Assembly (NCBI GenBank): GCA_035687245.1
Contig: DASRYH010000028.1
Location: forward strand, 45,525-109,524
DNA: 64,000 nucleotides
Direction of reading: 5' to 3'
Source: Coriobacteriia bacterium
GTDB taxonomy: Bacteria; Actinomycetota; Coriobacteriia; Anaerosomatales; PHET01
Of the stretch, positions 20,641 to 31,431 are shown in pieces (position 1 is the stretch's first letter; the number at the start of each line of letters is the position of its first letter). Position numbers and translations under genes: made by a program. Under the pieces are notes generated by a model. That model was not told the origin of the DNA. It saw only the letters and a program-made list of their open reading frames with translations, and made no database searches.

Positions 20641-21381
20641 CTACTCGCTCGCCGCCGCTTTCGTGCGACGCAGCCACTCGTAGGCGATCGCCGTGGTGGC
20701 CTGCGCCACGTTGAGGGAGCCCACCCGACCCGCTTGCGGCAGGCTCACGAGGAAGTCGCACTTCTCACGGGTGAGCCGGGCGAGACCCTCGCCTTCTGAG
20801 CCCATCACCAGCACAATGCGGCCTTCGAGGGGCGCTTCCCACACGCTCTGGGTCGCGCGCTCTGAGGCCCCCGCGACCCAGAAACCGGCGTCCTTGAAGA
20901 TCTCGAGCGAACGAACGAGGTTGGCTTCACGCACGACAGGCACGTGCGCGAACGCGCCGGCCGCGGACTTCCATGCTGCGGGCGTGAGCGCCGCGCTTCG
21001 GCGAGCCGGCACGAGTAGCGCCGAGGCCCCGACCACTTCGGCGGTTCGGGCGATGGCGCCCAGATTGCCAGGGTCGGTCACGTGGTCGAGCGCGATGATG
21101 AGCGCGTCGGTCTTGCCCTCGGTGGCACGCACGATCTTCTCGATGGGCGAGAAGCCGAAGGGCTTGGCCTGCGCCACGACGCCCTGGTGCGCACCACGCT
21201 CGCTGACCTTGTCCAGCTCGCGCTTGGGTGCCGTGCTCACGGCGACGCCGGCCGCCTGCGCGAGGCGGCGCAGCTCGTCGATTGCCTTGTCGGGCGCCGC
21301 GCCTTCTTGGAGCAGGATGCTCTGGAGCGGCATGGCGGCGCGGAGCGCCTCAAGTACCGCGTGCTTTCCTTCGAGTTGCAT
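20641..21381 (-). CDS. rlmB: 23S rRNA (guanosine-2'-O)-methyltransferase RlmB (SpoU/TrmH family)
   Basis: MQLEGKHAVLEALRA...LDHVTDPGNLGAIARTAEVVGA...GSEGEGLARLTREKCD...SLNVAQA. Start chosen at ATG 21381, just after the cysS stop. Confidence 0.85.
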   Translation of the reverse strand: MQLEGKHAVLEALRAAMPLQSILLQEGAAPDKAIDELRRLAQAAGVAVSTAPKRELDKVSERGAHQGVVAQAKPFGFSPIEKIVRATEGKTDALIIALDHVTDPGNLGAIARTAEVVGASALLVPARRSAALTPAAWKSAAGAFAHVPVVREANLVRSLEIFKDAGFWVAGASERATQSVWEAPLEGRIVLVMGSEGEGLARLTREKCDFLVSLPQAGRVGSLNVAQATTAIAYEWLRRTKAAASE

Positions 21382-21385
21382 CGCG

Positions 21386-22870
21386 CTATCCGTCGTAGGC
21401 GACGCGCGCGCCCTGCGGGGTATCTTCGATGGTGAAGCCAAGGCCGGTGAGCCCATCGCGAACGGCGTCGGCGGCGGCCCAGTCCTTGGCGGCGCGAGCG
21501 TCCTTGCGCGCTTCGAGCAGCGCGTCCACGGCGGCGATCGGATCGTCACCGTCATAGCCGGCGATGCTGGCGGCCAGCGCCACGACCTCGACCGGGTAGT
21601 CGCAGCGCTCCTCCAGCGTCATCTCGATACCGAGCACACCCAGCAGCTCGACGACGGTGTCTTCGGCCTCGCAGAGCGCGACCTTGTCGTCTTCGCACAT
21701 GTCGACCTGGAAGTCGGAGAGAAAGACGTTGGCGGCCTTGGCGAGCTCGAAGACGGCGGCGAGTGCGCCGGCCGTGTTGAAGTCGTCGTCCATTTCGGCA
21801 GCGAACTTGGAGCGTGCGGTAATGACGTCGAGCTTGAGACCGCTGCACGCGTCGGCGGGAGCGCCCTCGCCCTTGGCGACGAGCGTGTGCGCCCAGCGCA
21901 GGTTCTTCACGAGGTTGGCAAGGCGCTCGTAGGCGCTCGTGGTCTCATCGAGGCGAGCGTCGGAGAAGTCGAGCGGGCTGCGGTAGTGCGTCTGCAGCAT
22001 GAGCAGGCGAATGACCGGCGCCGGGTAGCGCTCGAGCACGTCTTTGAGCAGCAGGAAGTTGCCCAGTGACTTGCTCATCTTCTCGGCGTTGACCTGCAAC
22101 ATGCCGCCGTGCAGCCAGTACTTCACGAACTGCTTGCCGGTGGCTGCCTCAGACTGCGCGAGCTCGTTCTCGTGGTGGGGGAAGCACAGGTCGGCACCGC
22201 CACCATGGATGTCGAAGGGCAGGCCGAGCTCCTCTTCCGACATCGCCGAACACTCGATGTGCCAGCCAGGACGTCCCTCGCCCCACGGGCTCGTCCAGTG
22301 CGGCTCACCGGGCTTGGCCGACTTCCACAGCGCGAAGTCGAGCGGGTCGCGCTTGCGGTCGTCGACCTCGACGCGTGCACCGGAGTGCATCTCGTCGATG
22401 TCGCGGCCAGATAGCTTGCCGTACTCGGGGAAGCTGCGAACCGCGAAATAGACGTCGCCGTCGACGACGTAGGCGTGCTCGCTGGAGATGAGGCGCTCGA
22501 TGAGCTCGATCATCTGCGGGATCTTCTCGGTCGCCTTCGGGCGCACCGTCGGATCGGCGACTCCGAGCGCACGCATGCCGGCGATGAATGCCTCGGTGTA
22601 GTCCGCGGCCACTTCGGCGGCCGGACGACCCTCTTCGTTGGCGCGGTTGATGATCTTGTCGTCGACGTCGGTGACGTTCTGGATGAAGGTGACGTCGAAG
22701 CCCTTCCACTCGAGATAGCGGCGGATGACGTCGAAGGAGAGGAAGGTGCGTGCGTTGCCGATGTGGATGTGGTTGTAGACCGTCGGTCCGCAGACGTAGA
22801 TCGAGACCTTGCCCTCTTCGCGCGGGACGAAGTCCTGCTTGCTACGGGTCTGGGTGTTGTAGACGCGCAT
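21386..22870 (-). CDS. cysS: Cysteinyl-tRNA synthetase
   Basis: 494-aa ORF with [16 protein letters not shown] (HIGH motif) and KMSKSLGN (KMSKS motif). Confidence 0.96.
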   Translation of the reverse strand: MRVYNTQTRSKQDFVPREEGKVSIYVCGPTVYNHIHIGNARTFLSFDVIRRYLEWKGFDVTFIQNVTDVDDKIINRANEEGRPAAEVAADYTEAFIAGMRALGVADPTVRPKATEKIPQMIELIERLISSEHAYVVDGDVYFAVRSFPEYGKLSGRDIDEMHSGARVEVDDRKRDPLDFALWKSAKPGEPHWTSPWGEGRPGWHIECSAMSEEELGLPFDIHGGGADLCFPHHENELAQSEAATGKQFVKYWLHGGMLQVNAEKMSKSLGNFLLLKDVLERYPAPVIRLLMLQTHYRSPLDFSDARLDETTSAYERLANLVKNLRWAHTLVAKGEGAPADACSGLKLDVITARSKFAAEMDDDFNTAGALAAVFELAKAANVFLSDFQVDMCEDDKVALCEAEDTVVELLGVLGIEMTLEERCDYPVEVVALAASIAGYDGDDPIAAVDALLEARKDARAAKDWAAADAVRDGLTGLGFTIEDTPQGARVAYDG

Positions 22871-22908
22871 GCACTCTCCTCGTGCTTGAATCTACCGAAG
22901 GGTGGAGT

Positions 22909-23694
22909 CTATATCTCCCATATCCAGCCGTCGAACTCCACTTCGATCGGCCTTGGCTCCCCGTCGTCTGGCACGGGGCAGGCCGCCGAAGGGTCAGCCG
23001 TGGCATCGGCTTGCACCGCAGCTTCGGCAAAGGGCGCGTCCCCACGCTCTTCGGCAAGCGACTCGTCGCGAGAGAGCCGGCGCTCCATCTTGTCGATGCG
23101 GCGCGTGAGGCACCGAAACATCTCGACGACCGGGTCGGGCAGGTCCTCATGATGCAGGTCGATCGTGTCGACGCGCTCACCGGCTCGGACGACCACGCGG
23201 CCCGGGATGCCGACAACGGTGCTGTTCGGCGGCACGTCATCGATGACGACCGCGCCACCACCGACCCTGCTGCCATGACCGATTGTGATGCTACCCAGTA
23301 CGGCGGCGCCGACTCCGACCACGACGCAGTCCTCCAGCGTCGGGTGGCGTTTGCCGGTCTCCTTGCCGGTACCACCCAGCGTGACGCCCTGGTAGAGGGT
23401 CACGTCGTTGCCGATGATCGTCGTCTCGCCGATGACCACTCCCATGCCGTGGTCGATGAAGAAGCGGTCGCCGATAGTGGCGCCCGGGTGGATTTCGATG
23501 CCGGTGAACCAGCGCGTGGCCTGCGACAAGAAGCGCGAGAGGCCATGCCGGCCGTGCTGCCACAGCCAGTGGTTCACGCGATGCCACCACAGAGCATGCA
23601 GGCCCGGGTAGTTGAACAGGACACTCGCGGTCGAGGTCGCTGCCGGGTCGCGCTCTTTGACGGCGCGTATGTCATCGCGCATGCGGCTGAACAT
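22909..23694 (-). CDS. cysE: Serine O-acetyltransferase with long C-terminal tail
   Basis: [19 protein letters not shown]... with hexapeptide repeats [31 protein letters not shown]. Start at ATG 23694. The tail ends ...DGWIWEI. Confidence 0.9.
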   Translation of the reverse strand: MFSRMRDDIRAVKERDPAATSTASVLFNYPGLHALWWHRVNHWLWQHGRHGLSRFLSQATRWFTGIEIHPGATIGDRFFIDHGMGVVIGETTIIGNDVTLYQGVTLGGTGKETGKRHPTLEDCVVVGVGAAVLGSITIGHGSRVGGGAVVIDDVPPNSTVVGIPGRVVVRAGERVDTIDLHHEDLPDPVVEMFRCLTRRIDKMERRLSRDESLAEERGDAPFAEAAVQADATADPSAACPVPDDGEPRPIEVEFDGWIWEI

Positions 23695-23770
23695 CGGTGG
23701 CCTGACCTCGGAGACGGCGGATGCGGCGCGCCCGCAGGGGGCGCGACACGATTCTAGCAGGACAGAGGCG

Positions 23771-24247
23771 TCAGACCTGCCGAAGGAGCACGACGGCTTG
23801 GGCGGCGATGCCCTCCTCGCGCCCCTCGAAGCCAAGCCCCTCTGTAGTGGTCGCCTTCACGCCGACCGACTCGACGTCGACACCAAGTGCTTCGGCAAGC
23901 CGCGCACGCATCCGCTCACGGTGCGGTGAGATCTTCGGCCGCTCGCAGACGAGCACGCAGTCGGCGTCCACAAACTCGAAGCCGCGCTGGCGCGCGAGTT
24001 CGCCTACGCGGCTGAGCAGCTCCATGGAGTCCGCGCCCGCGTAGGCCGGATCTGTGTCGGGAAACAGCCGCCCGATGTCGCCCTCGCGCATCGCACCCAC
24101 GATCGCGTCCATCAGGGCGTGCGCGAGCACGTCCGCATCGGAGTGGCCAAGCAGCCCGCGCTCGTGTGGGATCTCAACGCCGCCCAGTACCAGCCGGCGG
24201 CCGTCGGCGAACGCGTGCACGTCGTAGCCGAGCCCGATCCTCATCAT
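23771..24247 (-). CDS. ispF: 2-C-methyl-D-erythritol 2,4-cyclodiphosphate synthase
   Basis: 158-aa [16 protein letters not shown]...[15 protein letters not shown]. It overlaps ispD by 4 nt. Confidence 0.95.
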   Translation of the reverse strand: MMRIGLGYDVHAFADGRRLVLGGVEIPHERGLLGHSDADVLAHALMDAIVGAMREGDIGRLFPDTDPAYAGADSMELLSRVGELARQRGFEFVDADCVLVCERPKISPHRERMRARLAEALGVDVESVGVKATTTEGLGFEGREEGIAAQAVVLLRQV

Positions 24248-24957
24248 CTCTCCTCTGAACGGCAGCGCAGCGCTGCCTCAACGTATGCGATGTCCTCGGC
24301 GACGGTGACTTTGATGTTCTCGCGCGGGGCGTCAAACATCACGACTCGTCCGCCCGCGTGCTCGACGATCGCCGAGTCATCGGTGCCCAGATAGCCATCA
24401 GCGGTCGCCTTCGCTAGCGCGCCTTCGAGCACGGTCCGCCGAAAGATCTGCGGCGTCTGTGCCTGCCAGAAGCGAGAACGGTCGGGCGTCTCGATCACGC
24501 GTGTCCCGTCGACCATCTTGAGCGTGTCATAGGACGGATGACCCACCACAACACCGTCCACGGCCTCGTCATCAAAGAGAGCGATGGCTCGCACAACGGT
24601 TTCGGGCGCGATCAGCGGTCGAGCACCGTCGTGGACGGCAACGATCGAAGTGCGCTCGGGCACTAGCTCGAGCCCCGATGCCATCGATGCTTGGCGCGTC
24701 GAGCCGGAGGTGGCGTAGGCGATTGGCGTCTTGAGGTCGAGTCCTTCGAGCGCCGCTTCGGCGTACTCGGTCTGCCGGTCGCCCGGACACACCAAGACGA
24801 TCGAGTCCACTGCCTCGCAACGGTCGAATGCTTCAAGCGTCCACGACAGAATCGGACGGCCAGACGCCACGGCGAGCTGCTTGCCGCCAGTGCGTCCGAA
24901 CCGCTCCCCGCTGCCGCCCGCAAGAATGATCGCGCAGACCTCGCCCGTCCGATGCAT
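24244..24957 (-). CDS. ispD: 2-C-methyl-D-erythritol 4-phosphate cytidylyltransferase
   Basis: 237-aa ORF ...[13 protein letters not shown]...[10 protein letters not shown]. Confidence 0.93.
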   Translation of the reverse strand: MHRTGEVCAIILAGGSGERFGRTGGKQLAVASGRPILSWTLEAFDRCEAVDSIVLVCPGDRQTEYAEAALEGLDLKTPIAYATSGSTRQASMASGLELVPERTSIVAVHDGARPLIAPETVVRAIALFDDEAVDGVVVGHPSYDTLKMVDGTRVIETPDRSRFWQAQTPQIFRRTVLEGALAKATADGYLGTDDSAIVEHAGGRVVMFDAPRENIKVTVAEDIAYVEAALRCRSEER

Positions 24958-24969
24958 CGGACTCCTTCG

Positions 24970-26022
24970 TTAGTCCGGCGACGCCTCCAGCTTCGCGAAG
25001 ATCATGCGGCCGGCCGACGTCTGCAGCACCGAGGTCACCTCGACGCTGCTCTCCTCTCCGACGTGCTCGCGGCCATCGGCCACGACCACCATCGTACCGT
25101 CTTCGAGGTAGCCTACACCCTGTCCCTGCTCCTTGCCTTGGCGAGCGATCTTGAGGTGAATCGTGTCGCCCGGCAGGAAGTTGGGCCGCAGTGCTTCGGC
25201 GATCTCGTTGAGGTTGAGAACGTCGATGCCGCGCACGCGCGCCACCTTGGTGAGGTTGAAGTCGACGGTCGCGACCGTGGCACCCGTATCGACCGCCACG
25301 CGCATGAGTTTGTCGTCGACGCCCGCCAGTTCCGGGTAGTCGACCTCGAGCACTTCGATCGCGTCGTGGTCGGGCAGGGTGGCCAGCAGGTCGAGGCCAC
25401 GGCGACCGCGCGCCCTGCGCGTGTCATCTGCCGAATCGGAAAGGGTGTGCAACTCCGCGAGCACGAACCGTGGGACACGGAGCTTGCCGTGCAAGACGCC
25501 GAGCTTGCGCAGGTCGACGAAGCGGCCATCGATGATGGTGCTGGTGTCGAGCACGGTCAGCAGCTCTTCGGCGGGTCTGAGCTCGACGGGTGCCAGCGCC
25601 GGGAAGTGCGAGACGAACTCGCGCCGGCGCGTGAGAGCGGCGACCACGCCGAGATAGCCCGCTACGGCGAAGAGCAGGATCGAGACGCCCAGAGCTAGCG
25701 TCTGCGGCTGCAGCAGACGTAGAGGCTGAGAAGCCAAGAAGGCTATGAGCAGGCCGACGACGAGACCGACCGTGCCAAGAAGCAGGTCGGCTCCAGAGAG
25801 TTCGGCGGCCCATGTCTGTACTCGGGTGACCATGGCGGTGAGCTCGCGCCCGATGATTCCACCGGCGACATACCCGATCGCTGCTCCAAGAATGACGAAT
25901 AGAAAGATGACGTAGCTGGGAGCAAGACCGAGCTGTGACTGCCAGTCGACCAGTCGTGTTGCTAGCCACCCGCCCACGAGTCCCCCAAGAACGAGGACAA
26001 ACCGGGTGAGTGCGAGGATCAT
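24970..26022 (-). CDS. yacL: PIN/TRAM-domain membrane-associated protein (YacL-like)
   Basis: MILALTRFVLVLGGLVGG... has N-terminal TM helices, a PIN-like core (VLDTSTIIDGR) and a C-terminal TRAM-like part. Bacillus-like position between disA and ispD. Confidence 0.8.
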   Translation of the reverse strand: MILALTRFVLVLGGLVGGWLATRLVDWQSQLGLAPSYVIFLFVILGAAIGYVAGGIIGRELTAMVTRVQTWAAELSGADLLLGTVGLVVGLLIAFLASQPLRLLQPQTLALGVSILLFAVAGYLGVVAALTRRREFVSHFPALAPVELRPAEELLTVLDTSTIIDGRFVDLRKLGVLHGKLRVPRFVLAELHTLSDSADDTRRARGRRGLDLLATLPDHDAIEVLEVDYPELAGVDDKLMRVAVDTGATVATVDFNLTKVARVRGIDVLNLNEIAEALRPNFLPGDTIHLKIARQGKEQGQGVGYLEDGTMVVVADGREHVGEESSVEVTSVLQTSAGRMIFAKLEASPD

Positions 26023-26130
26023 GTCAACGGCACATGCGGTCAGTAGCTGACATCGACCGCGGCGGCCCCCACCTCCTTTCGCGCCCTTCGGGCGCCTCCA
26101 CAAGTCTATCGGCATTCGCCGATGTTGGCG

Positions 26131-27198
26131 TTAGACGGAAACGTGCGCTTTCACTCGCGCCAGGCCGGCGTGAATCGCCCGTGCCCGACGGTCGCCGACC
26201 CCGTCGACAGCGTCGAGCTCCTCCACCGTGGATCGCGAGATATCGCCAAGGTTGCCGAAGCGGTCGACGATGCGCGTGACCACGCTGCCGGGAAGCATCG
26301 GAATCTGCCCGAGGGCCCGGAAGCCACGCGCTCGCAGATGCTGTTCGGCATGCTCTGAGATGGTGAGCCCGAGCTCGTGAGAGATCGATTCGGGCTCGAG
26401 AAGCCGGTCGTGAGGAAGGTCGGCGAGCCGCTCGCGCACCACCGAGATGTGGCGCGGCGCGGGGTCATCAGCGTAGTCGCGCACTACGAGCGTGTACTGC
26501 TCGCTCACTCCGGCCGCGAGCTCGTCGGACTGCATGCGCACGAGGCGGCCCTCCGTGCCCAGCTGCATCGTGTAGAGCGATACCTCGCGCAGGACACGAC
26601 GCATCATCTCGAAGCGCCCGAGCACTTCGGCGACGTCGCCCAGCGTCACGAGGTCCTGGAACTCAAGCAGGGTGAGCCGCTCGAGCATCTCGTCGAGGCG
26701 CTGGCGGTAGTTCTGCAGCGTCTGGATCGCCTGGTTGGCCTTGGACAGCAGTACGACGATGTCGTCGAGGGTGATTCGGCGTCCTTGAAGGTAGAGGTTG
26801 ACCACGCTTCGGCGCTGCGAGATCGCGATCACCAGCGCATCGGTCTGGCGGGAGACGCGCTCAGCGGTGCGGTGGCGCATGCCCGTCTCGTCGCTGGGCA
26901 GATTCGAGTCGGGAACGAGGTGCACGTTCGCCTTGAGGATGTGATGGGCCTCTGCGTCGAGCACTATCGCGCCGTCCATCTTCGAGAGTTCGAAGAGGCG
27001 CTGCGCGGTGAAGGGCACTTCGAGCGTGAATCCGCCGTTGCACAGCGGGCCTACCTCGGCCAGATCGCCGACGATGATGAGCGCACCCGAACGCGCAGAC
27101 AGAATCATGTCGATCGCCTCGCGCAGGGATGTACCCGGCGCGACCTTGCGGAGTTCGGCCGACATGATCTCGTGGAGTGTCCGCTTTGCCTCTGTCAT
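26131..27198 (-). CDS. disA: DNA integrity scanning protein DisA (diadenylate cyclase)
   Basis: MTEAKRTLHEIM...GALIIVGD...DGAIVLD...GMRHRTAERVS, with a C-terminal HhH (VDGVGDRRARAI). Start at ATG 27198. Confidence 0.93.
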   Translation of the reverse strand: MTEAKRTLHEIMSAELRKVAPGTSLREAIDMILSARSGALIIVGDLAEVGPLCNGGFTLEVPFTAQRLFELSKMDGAIVLDAEAHHILKANVHLVPDSNLPSDETGMRHRTAERVSRQTDALVIAISQRRSVVNLYLQGRRITLDDIVVLLSKANQAIQTLQNYRQRLDEMLERLTLLEFQDLVTLGDVAEVLGRFEMMRRVLREVSLYTMQLGTEGRLVRMQSDELAAGVSEQYTLVVRDYADDPAPRHISVVRERLADLPHDRLLEPESISHELGLTISEHAEQHLRARGFRALGQIPMLPGSVVTRIVDRFGNLGDISRSTVEELDAVDGVGDRRARAIHAGLARVKAHVSV

Positions 27199-27242
27199 CT
27201 GCGTGTGTGCCCCTCGTTGGTTGTGTGCTGTGTCGATTCTAC

Positions 27243-28592
27243 CTAGAGTGCCCGCTCCACTGCCTCGGCAACCGTCGAGACGGGTTTGAACAGCGGCCCC
27301 GGATCCAACGAGCCGGAGGGCGTCGCCCCGAGAACGCACGACATCCCGAGCCGCTCGGCTTCCTTCATCCGTACCCCAATCTGCGGGACGGGACGCACAT
27401 GACCAGTCAGCCCGACCTCGCCGAAAGCGGCGGTGTCGAGGGCCATCGGACGCCCGGTGATCGCAGAGGCCAGCGCAAGCGCGAGCGGCAGGTCCGCCGC
27501 AGGCTCGCTGATGCGCAGCCCACCCGCCACTGAGACCAAGACGTCCTGGCCGGCAAACGATAGCCCGGCCCGGCGCTCGAGCACCGCAACCACCTGCAGG
27601 AGACGCGCGGTGTCCAGACCGGTGGAGAGCCTGCGCGGGCTGGGCAGGTAGCTCGGCGTGACAAGCGCCTGAATCTCCACGAGCAGCGGACGTGAGCCTT
27701 CCACTGCGACCATCACTGCCGAGCCGGCAACAGGCTCCGTCCTTTCGGCAAGCAAGGCCGCCGAAGGCGACTCGACAGGCGACAGACCGGCCTCGGTCAT
27801 CTCGAAGATACCGAGCTCAGAGGAGGAGCCGAAGCGGTTCTTCACGGAACGCACGATGCGGAAGGCGTGATCGCGGTCGCCCTCGAAGTACAGGACGGCA
27901 TCGACCATGTGCTCGAGCACGCGGGGGCCGGCGATCGCGCCTTCTTTGGTCACGTGTCCGACGATAAGCGTGATGACGTTGAGATCCTTGGCGATACGCA
28001 TCAGGCGCGCTGTGCACGCGCGCACCTGACCCACACTGCCGGGCGCGCCCTCGAGGTCTGAGTCGAACGCGGTCTGAATCGAGTCGAGGACGAGAATCGC
28101 GGGCTTCTCCTGCCGAACGGCCTGCTCGACCGCCCCTATGTTGAGCTCGGGCAGCAGCGAGACGCGGTCCGAGTTCACCCCCAGCCTGCGTGCCCGCAGG
28201 CCGATCTGGGAGGGCGACTCTTCGCCGCAGACGTAGAGCACGTCGAGGCCGGACGAGGCAAGGCTGTCGGCCGCCTGCAGCAGCAGGGTGGACTTGCCGA
28301 TGCCCGGCTCGCCACCGAGCAGCACAAGCGAGCCCGGAACGAGCCCGCCACCAAGAACGCGGTCCAGCTCGCCGATGCCTGTGGAGACGCGCGGCACATC
28401 CTCGGAGCCGACCTCGCTGAGCTTCACTGCGGTGGCCGAAAGGTGCGCAGCCCGTCCCCCACCGGGTCCGGGCTGCGTGATCTCTTCAACATAGGTGCCG
28501 AACTCACCGCATTCGCTGCAGCGACCCATCCAGCGCGGCGCGCTCGCCCCGCACTGCTGGCACCTCCATACGGTCCGTGACTTCGCCGCCAC
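27243..28592 (-). CDS. radA: DNA repair protein RadA/Sms
   Basis: 449-aa ORF with zinc finger CQQCGASAPRWMGRCSECG, Walker A GGEPGIGKST, the KNRFG motif and a Lon-like C-terminus. Confidence 0.95.
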   Translation of the reverse strand: MAAKSRTVWRCQQCGASAPRWMGRCSECGEFGTYVEEITQPGPGGGRAAHLSATAVKLSEVGSEDVPRVSTGIGELDRVLGGGLVPGSLVLLGGEPGIGKSTLLLQAADSLASSGLDVLYVCGEESPSQIGLRARRLGVNSDRVSLLPELNIGAVEQAVRQEKPAILVLDSIQTAFDSDLEGAPGSVGQVRACTARLMRIAKDLNVITLIVGHVTKEGAIAGPRVLEHMVDAVLYFEGDRDHAFRIVRSVKNRFGSSSELGIFEMTEAGLSPVESPSAALLAERTEPVAGSAVMVAVEGSRPLLVEIQALVTPSYLPSPRRLSTGLDTARLLQVVAVLERRAGLSFAGQDVLVSVAGGLRISEPAADLPLALALASAITGRPMALDTAAFGEVGLTGHVRPVPQIGVRMKEAERLGMSCVLGATPSGSLDPGPLFKPVSTVAEAVERAL

Positions 28593-28594
28593 CC

Positions 28595-31165
28595 CTAGGC
28601 GCCCGACGCTCCGCCGACGGTCTCGCCGCCGCTACCGCGAGAGCGCGACGTGCGGCGAGCGGGAGTCACAGGCGCCTCTACCTCAGGCGCAGGCTCATCG
28701 ACGCTGGTGGGTACCGCGACGACGCCCTCGCCTTTGCGGAACACGAAGGCGCCCGCGTCGTCCACATACGCTTCGATCACGTCGCCGGTCTTCCACAGCG
28801 CCGAAAGGATCTGCTCAGAGAGCGGATCTTCCACGAGGCGCTGGATCGCGCGGCGAAGCGGACGCGCGCCGAGTGTGGGATCGAAGCCCTCCTTGGCCAG
28901 CATCGTGCGCGCCTCCGGCGTGAGCTTGATCGACATGCCGTGCAGCATGAGCTGGTCACGGGTGCGCGCGATCATGAGATCGACGATCTGCTCGATCTCT
29001 TCGGCCGAAAGGTCGTGGAAGACGATGACCTCGTCGACGCGGTTGAGGAGCTCGGGGCGGAAGAGCGTCTTGAGCTCACCGGTCACGCGCGACTTCACGT
29101 CGTCGTAGGCCATCTTGCCATCCGACGACTTGGGCGCGAATCCAAGCGACGTCGTCTTGACGATGTCGCGAGCGCCTATGTTGCTCGTCATGATGATGAT
29201 TGCGTTCTTGAAGTCGACCTTGCGGCCCTGGGCGTCGGTCAGACGGCCCTCCTCAAGAATCTGCAGCAAGATGTTGAAGACGTCGGGGTGAGCCTTCTCG
29301 ATCTCGTCGAAGAGGATGACCGAGTACGGCTTGCGACGGACGAGCTCGGTGAGCTGGCCGCCTTCGTCGAAGCCTACGTAGCCCGGAGGCGAACCGATCA
29401 GGCGCGACACGGTGTGCTTCTCCATGTACTCACTCATGTCGAGCGAGATGAGCGACTCCTCAGTGCCGAAGAGGAACTCCGCAAGCGCCTTCGCAAGTTC
29501 GGTCTTACCCACGCCCGACGGGCCGAGGAAGATGAACGAGCCAGACGGGCGGCGGGGGTCCTTCAGGCCGGCACGCGCACGGCGGATGGCCTTGGATACC
29601 GACGTGACAGCCTCGTCCTGGCCGACGAGACGCTCGTGCAATACCGTCTCCATGCGCAGAAGCTTGGCGGTCTCTTCCTCGGTCAGCTCGGTGACCGGTA
29701 CGCCGGTCCACATCGAGACGACTTCGGCGATCTCCTTCTCCGTGACCTCGACGACCCTGCGGTTGTCGGGCTTCATCCACTCTTCTTCCATCGCGCGCTT
29801 CTCCGAGAGCACCTGCTTCTCGACGTCTCGCAGCGAGGCTGCCTTCTCGAACTCCTGGGCCTCGATGGATGCTTCTTTCTCGGCACGCACCTGGCGCAGG
29901 CGGTCTTCGACCTCTTTCACGCCCGGGGGCGCAGTCATCATGCGGATGCGCATCTTGGCGCCCGCCTCGTCGATGAGGTCGATCGCCTTATCCGGCAGGA
30001 AGCGGTCGGAGATGTAGCGGTCCGCGAGGTTGGCGGCAGCGTCGATCGCCGAATCGGTGATGCTCACGCGGTGATGCGCTTCGTAGCGGTCGCGTAGGCC
30101 CTTCAGGATCTGAATCGTCTCGGAGACGCTCGGCTCGCCGACCTGAATCGGCTGGAAGCGGCGCTCGAGCGCGGGGTCCTTCTCGACGTACTTGCGGTAC
30201 TCGTCGAGGGTGGTCGCGCCGATGGTCTGCAGCTCGCCGCGGGCGAGCGCCGGCTTGATGATGCTCGCGGCATCGATCGCGCCTTCTGCGGCACCCGCGC
30301 CAACCAGCGTGTGCATCTCGTCGACGAACAGGATGATGTCGCCGCGCTCGCGGATCTCCTTCATGACCTTCTTGAGGCGGTCCTCGAACTCGCCGCGGTA
30401 CTTGCTGCCCGCGACGAGTGCTGCGAGATCGAGCGTGTAGAGGTGCTTGTCCTTGATCGTCTCGGGAACCTCGTCGGCGGCGATGCGCTGCGCGAGTCCT
30501 TCGGCAACAGCGGTCTTGCCCACACCGGGCTCACCGATGAGAACCGGGTTGTTCTTGGTGCGGCGCGAGAGGATCTGCATCACGCGCTCGATCTCATTCT
30601 CGCGGCCGATGACCGGGTCGAGCTTGCCATCGCGCGCCTGGCGCGTCAGGTTGCGGCCGAACTCGTCGAGCATCGACTGCCCGCCACTGCCGCCGCGGCG
30701 CTCGTCCACGCCTTCGGCCTGCTTGCTGTAGTGGCCGGAGAGCAGCTGAATCACTGCCGAACGAACCTTCTCGAGGTCCGCGCCAAGGTTGAGCAGCACC
30801 TGGGCGGCAACGCCTTCGCCCTCGCGAATCAGGCCGAGCAGGATGTGCTCGGTGCCGATGTAGTTGTGGCCGAGCTGCAGCGCCTCGCGCAAAGACAGCT
30901 CCAGCACCTTCTTCGCACGCGGCGTGAACGGGATGTGGCCGGTGGGCACGAAGGTGCCGCGACCGATGAGGTCCTCGACCTGCCCGTGAACGTCCTCAAG
31001 CGAGATGTTGAGCGACTCTAGTGCCTTAGCGGCGATGCCGTCCTGCTCGCGGATGAGGCCGAGCAACAGGTGCTCGGTCCCGATGTAGTTCTGGTTGAGC
31101 ATGCGCGCTTCTTCTTGTGCGTAGACGACTACGCGACGCGCCTTCTCCGTGAATCGCTCGAACAT
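28595..31165 (-). CDS. clpC: ATP-dependent Clp protease ATP-binding subunit ClpC
   Basis: 856-aa ORF with a doubled Clp-N repeat and two AAA modules ([18 protein letters not shown]). Confidence 0.96.
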   Translation of the reverse strand: MFERFTEKARRVVVYAQEEARMLNQNYIGTEHLLLGLIREQDGIAAKALESLNISLEDVHGQVEDLIGRGTFVPTGHIPFTPRAKKVLELSLREALQLGHNYIGTEHILLGLIREGEGVAAQVLLNLGADLEKVRSAVIQLLSGHYSKQAEGVDERRGGSGGQSMLDEFGRNLTRQARDGKLDPVIGRENEIERVMQILSRRTKNNPVLIGEPGVGKTAVAEGLAQRIAADEVPETIKDKHLYTLDLAALVAGSKYRGEFEDRLKKVMKEIRERGDIILFVDEMHTLVGAGAAEGAIDAASIIKPALARGELQTIGATTLDEYRKYVEKDPALERRFQPIQVGEPSVSETIQILKGLRDRYEAHHRVSITDSAIDAAANLADRYISDRFLPDKAIDLIDEAGAKMRIRMMTAPPGVKEVEDRLRQVRAEKEASIEAQEFEKAASLRDVEKQVLSEKRAMEEEWMKPDNRRVVEVTEKEIAEVVSMWTGVPVTELTEEETAKLLRMETVLHERLVGQDEAVTSVSKAIRRARAGLKDPRRPSGSFIFLGPSGVGKTELAKALAEFLFGTEESLISLDMSEYMEKHTVSRLIGSPPGYVGFDEGGQLTELVRRKPYSVILFDEIEKAHPDVFNILLQILEEGRLTDAQGRKVDFKNAIIIMTSNIGARDIVKTTSLGFAPKSSDGKMAYDDVKSRVTGELKTLFRPELLNRVDEVIVFHDLSAEEIEQIVDLMIARTRDQLMLHGMSIKLTPEARTMLAKEGFDPTLGARPLRRAIQRLVEDPLSEQILSALWKTGDVIEAYVDDAGAFVFRKGEGVVAVPTSVDEPAPEVEAPVTPARRTSRSRGSGGETVGGASGA

Positions 31166-31431
31166 GAGCGCCTCCCTATGGCAAACGGCCGGACCACGAT
31201 ACCGACCGAGCTATCTCTCATTCGTATCGGAAGTATACCCGCGCAACGTGACACGCAGCGGCAAGTAGGTGTGGCAAAGCAAGGAAAGTGCCACACATCT
31301 AAGTCTGATGCGCTTAGATTTACGGCGATTCATCCCGACAGGCCAAGCAGCGGGTTCGCAAAGGCGAGTTGGCGTGGGTATGGCGAGGGCAATCGAAGGG
31401 CCGCGACCTGGGCGAAGACGCGGAGGTGCGC

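Noticed and set aside
22871-23770. T-box or other leader upstream of cysE-cysS, and upstream of lysS.
   Set aside because: Only 76 nt separate ispF from cysE, and lysS overlaps greA by 1 nt. There is no space for a T-box leader.
31166-31431. Regulatory boxes upstream of clpC: GTTCGC-N4-GCG (ClgR-like) at about 31354, inverted repeat ATCTAAG-N9-CTTAGAT at about 31299, and hairpin GTGTGGCA...TGCCACAC at about 31269.
   Set aside because: None matches the recalled CtsR (GGTCAAA repeats), CIRCE or ClgR consensus in both sequence and spacing. No ctsR, mcsA or mcsB gene is present. This is too weak to call.
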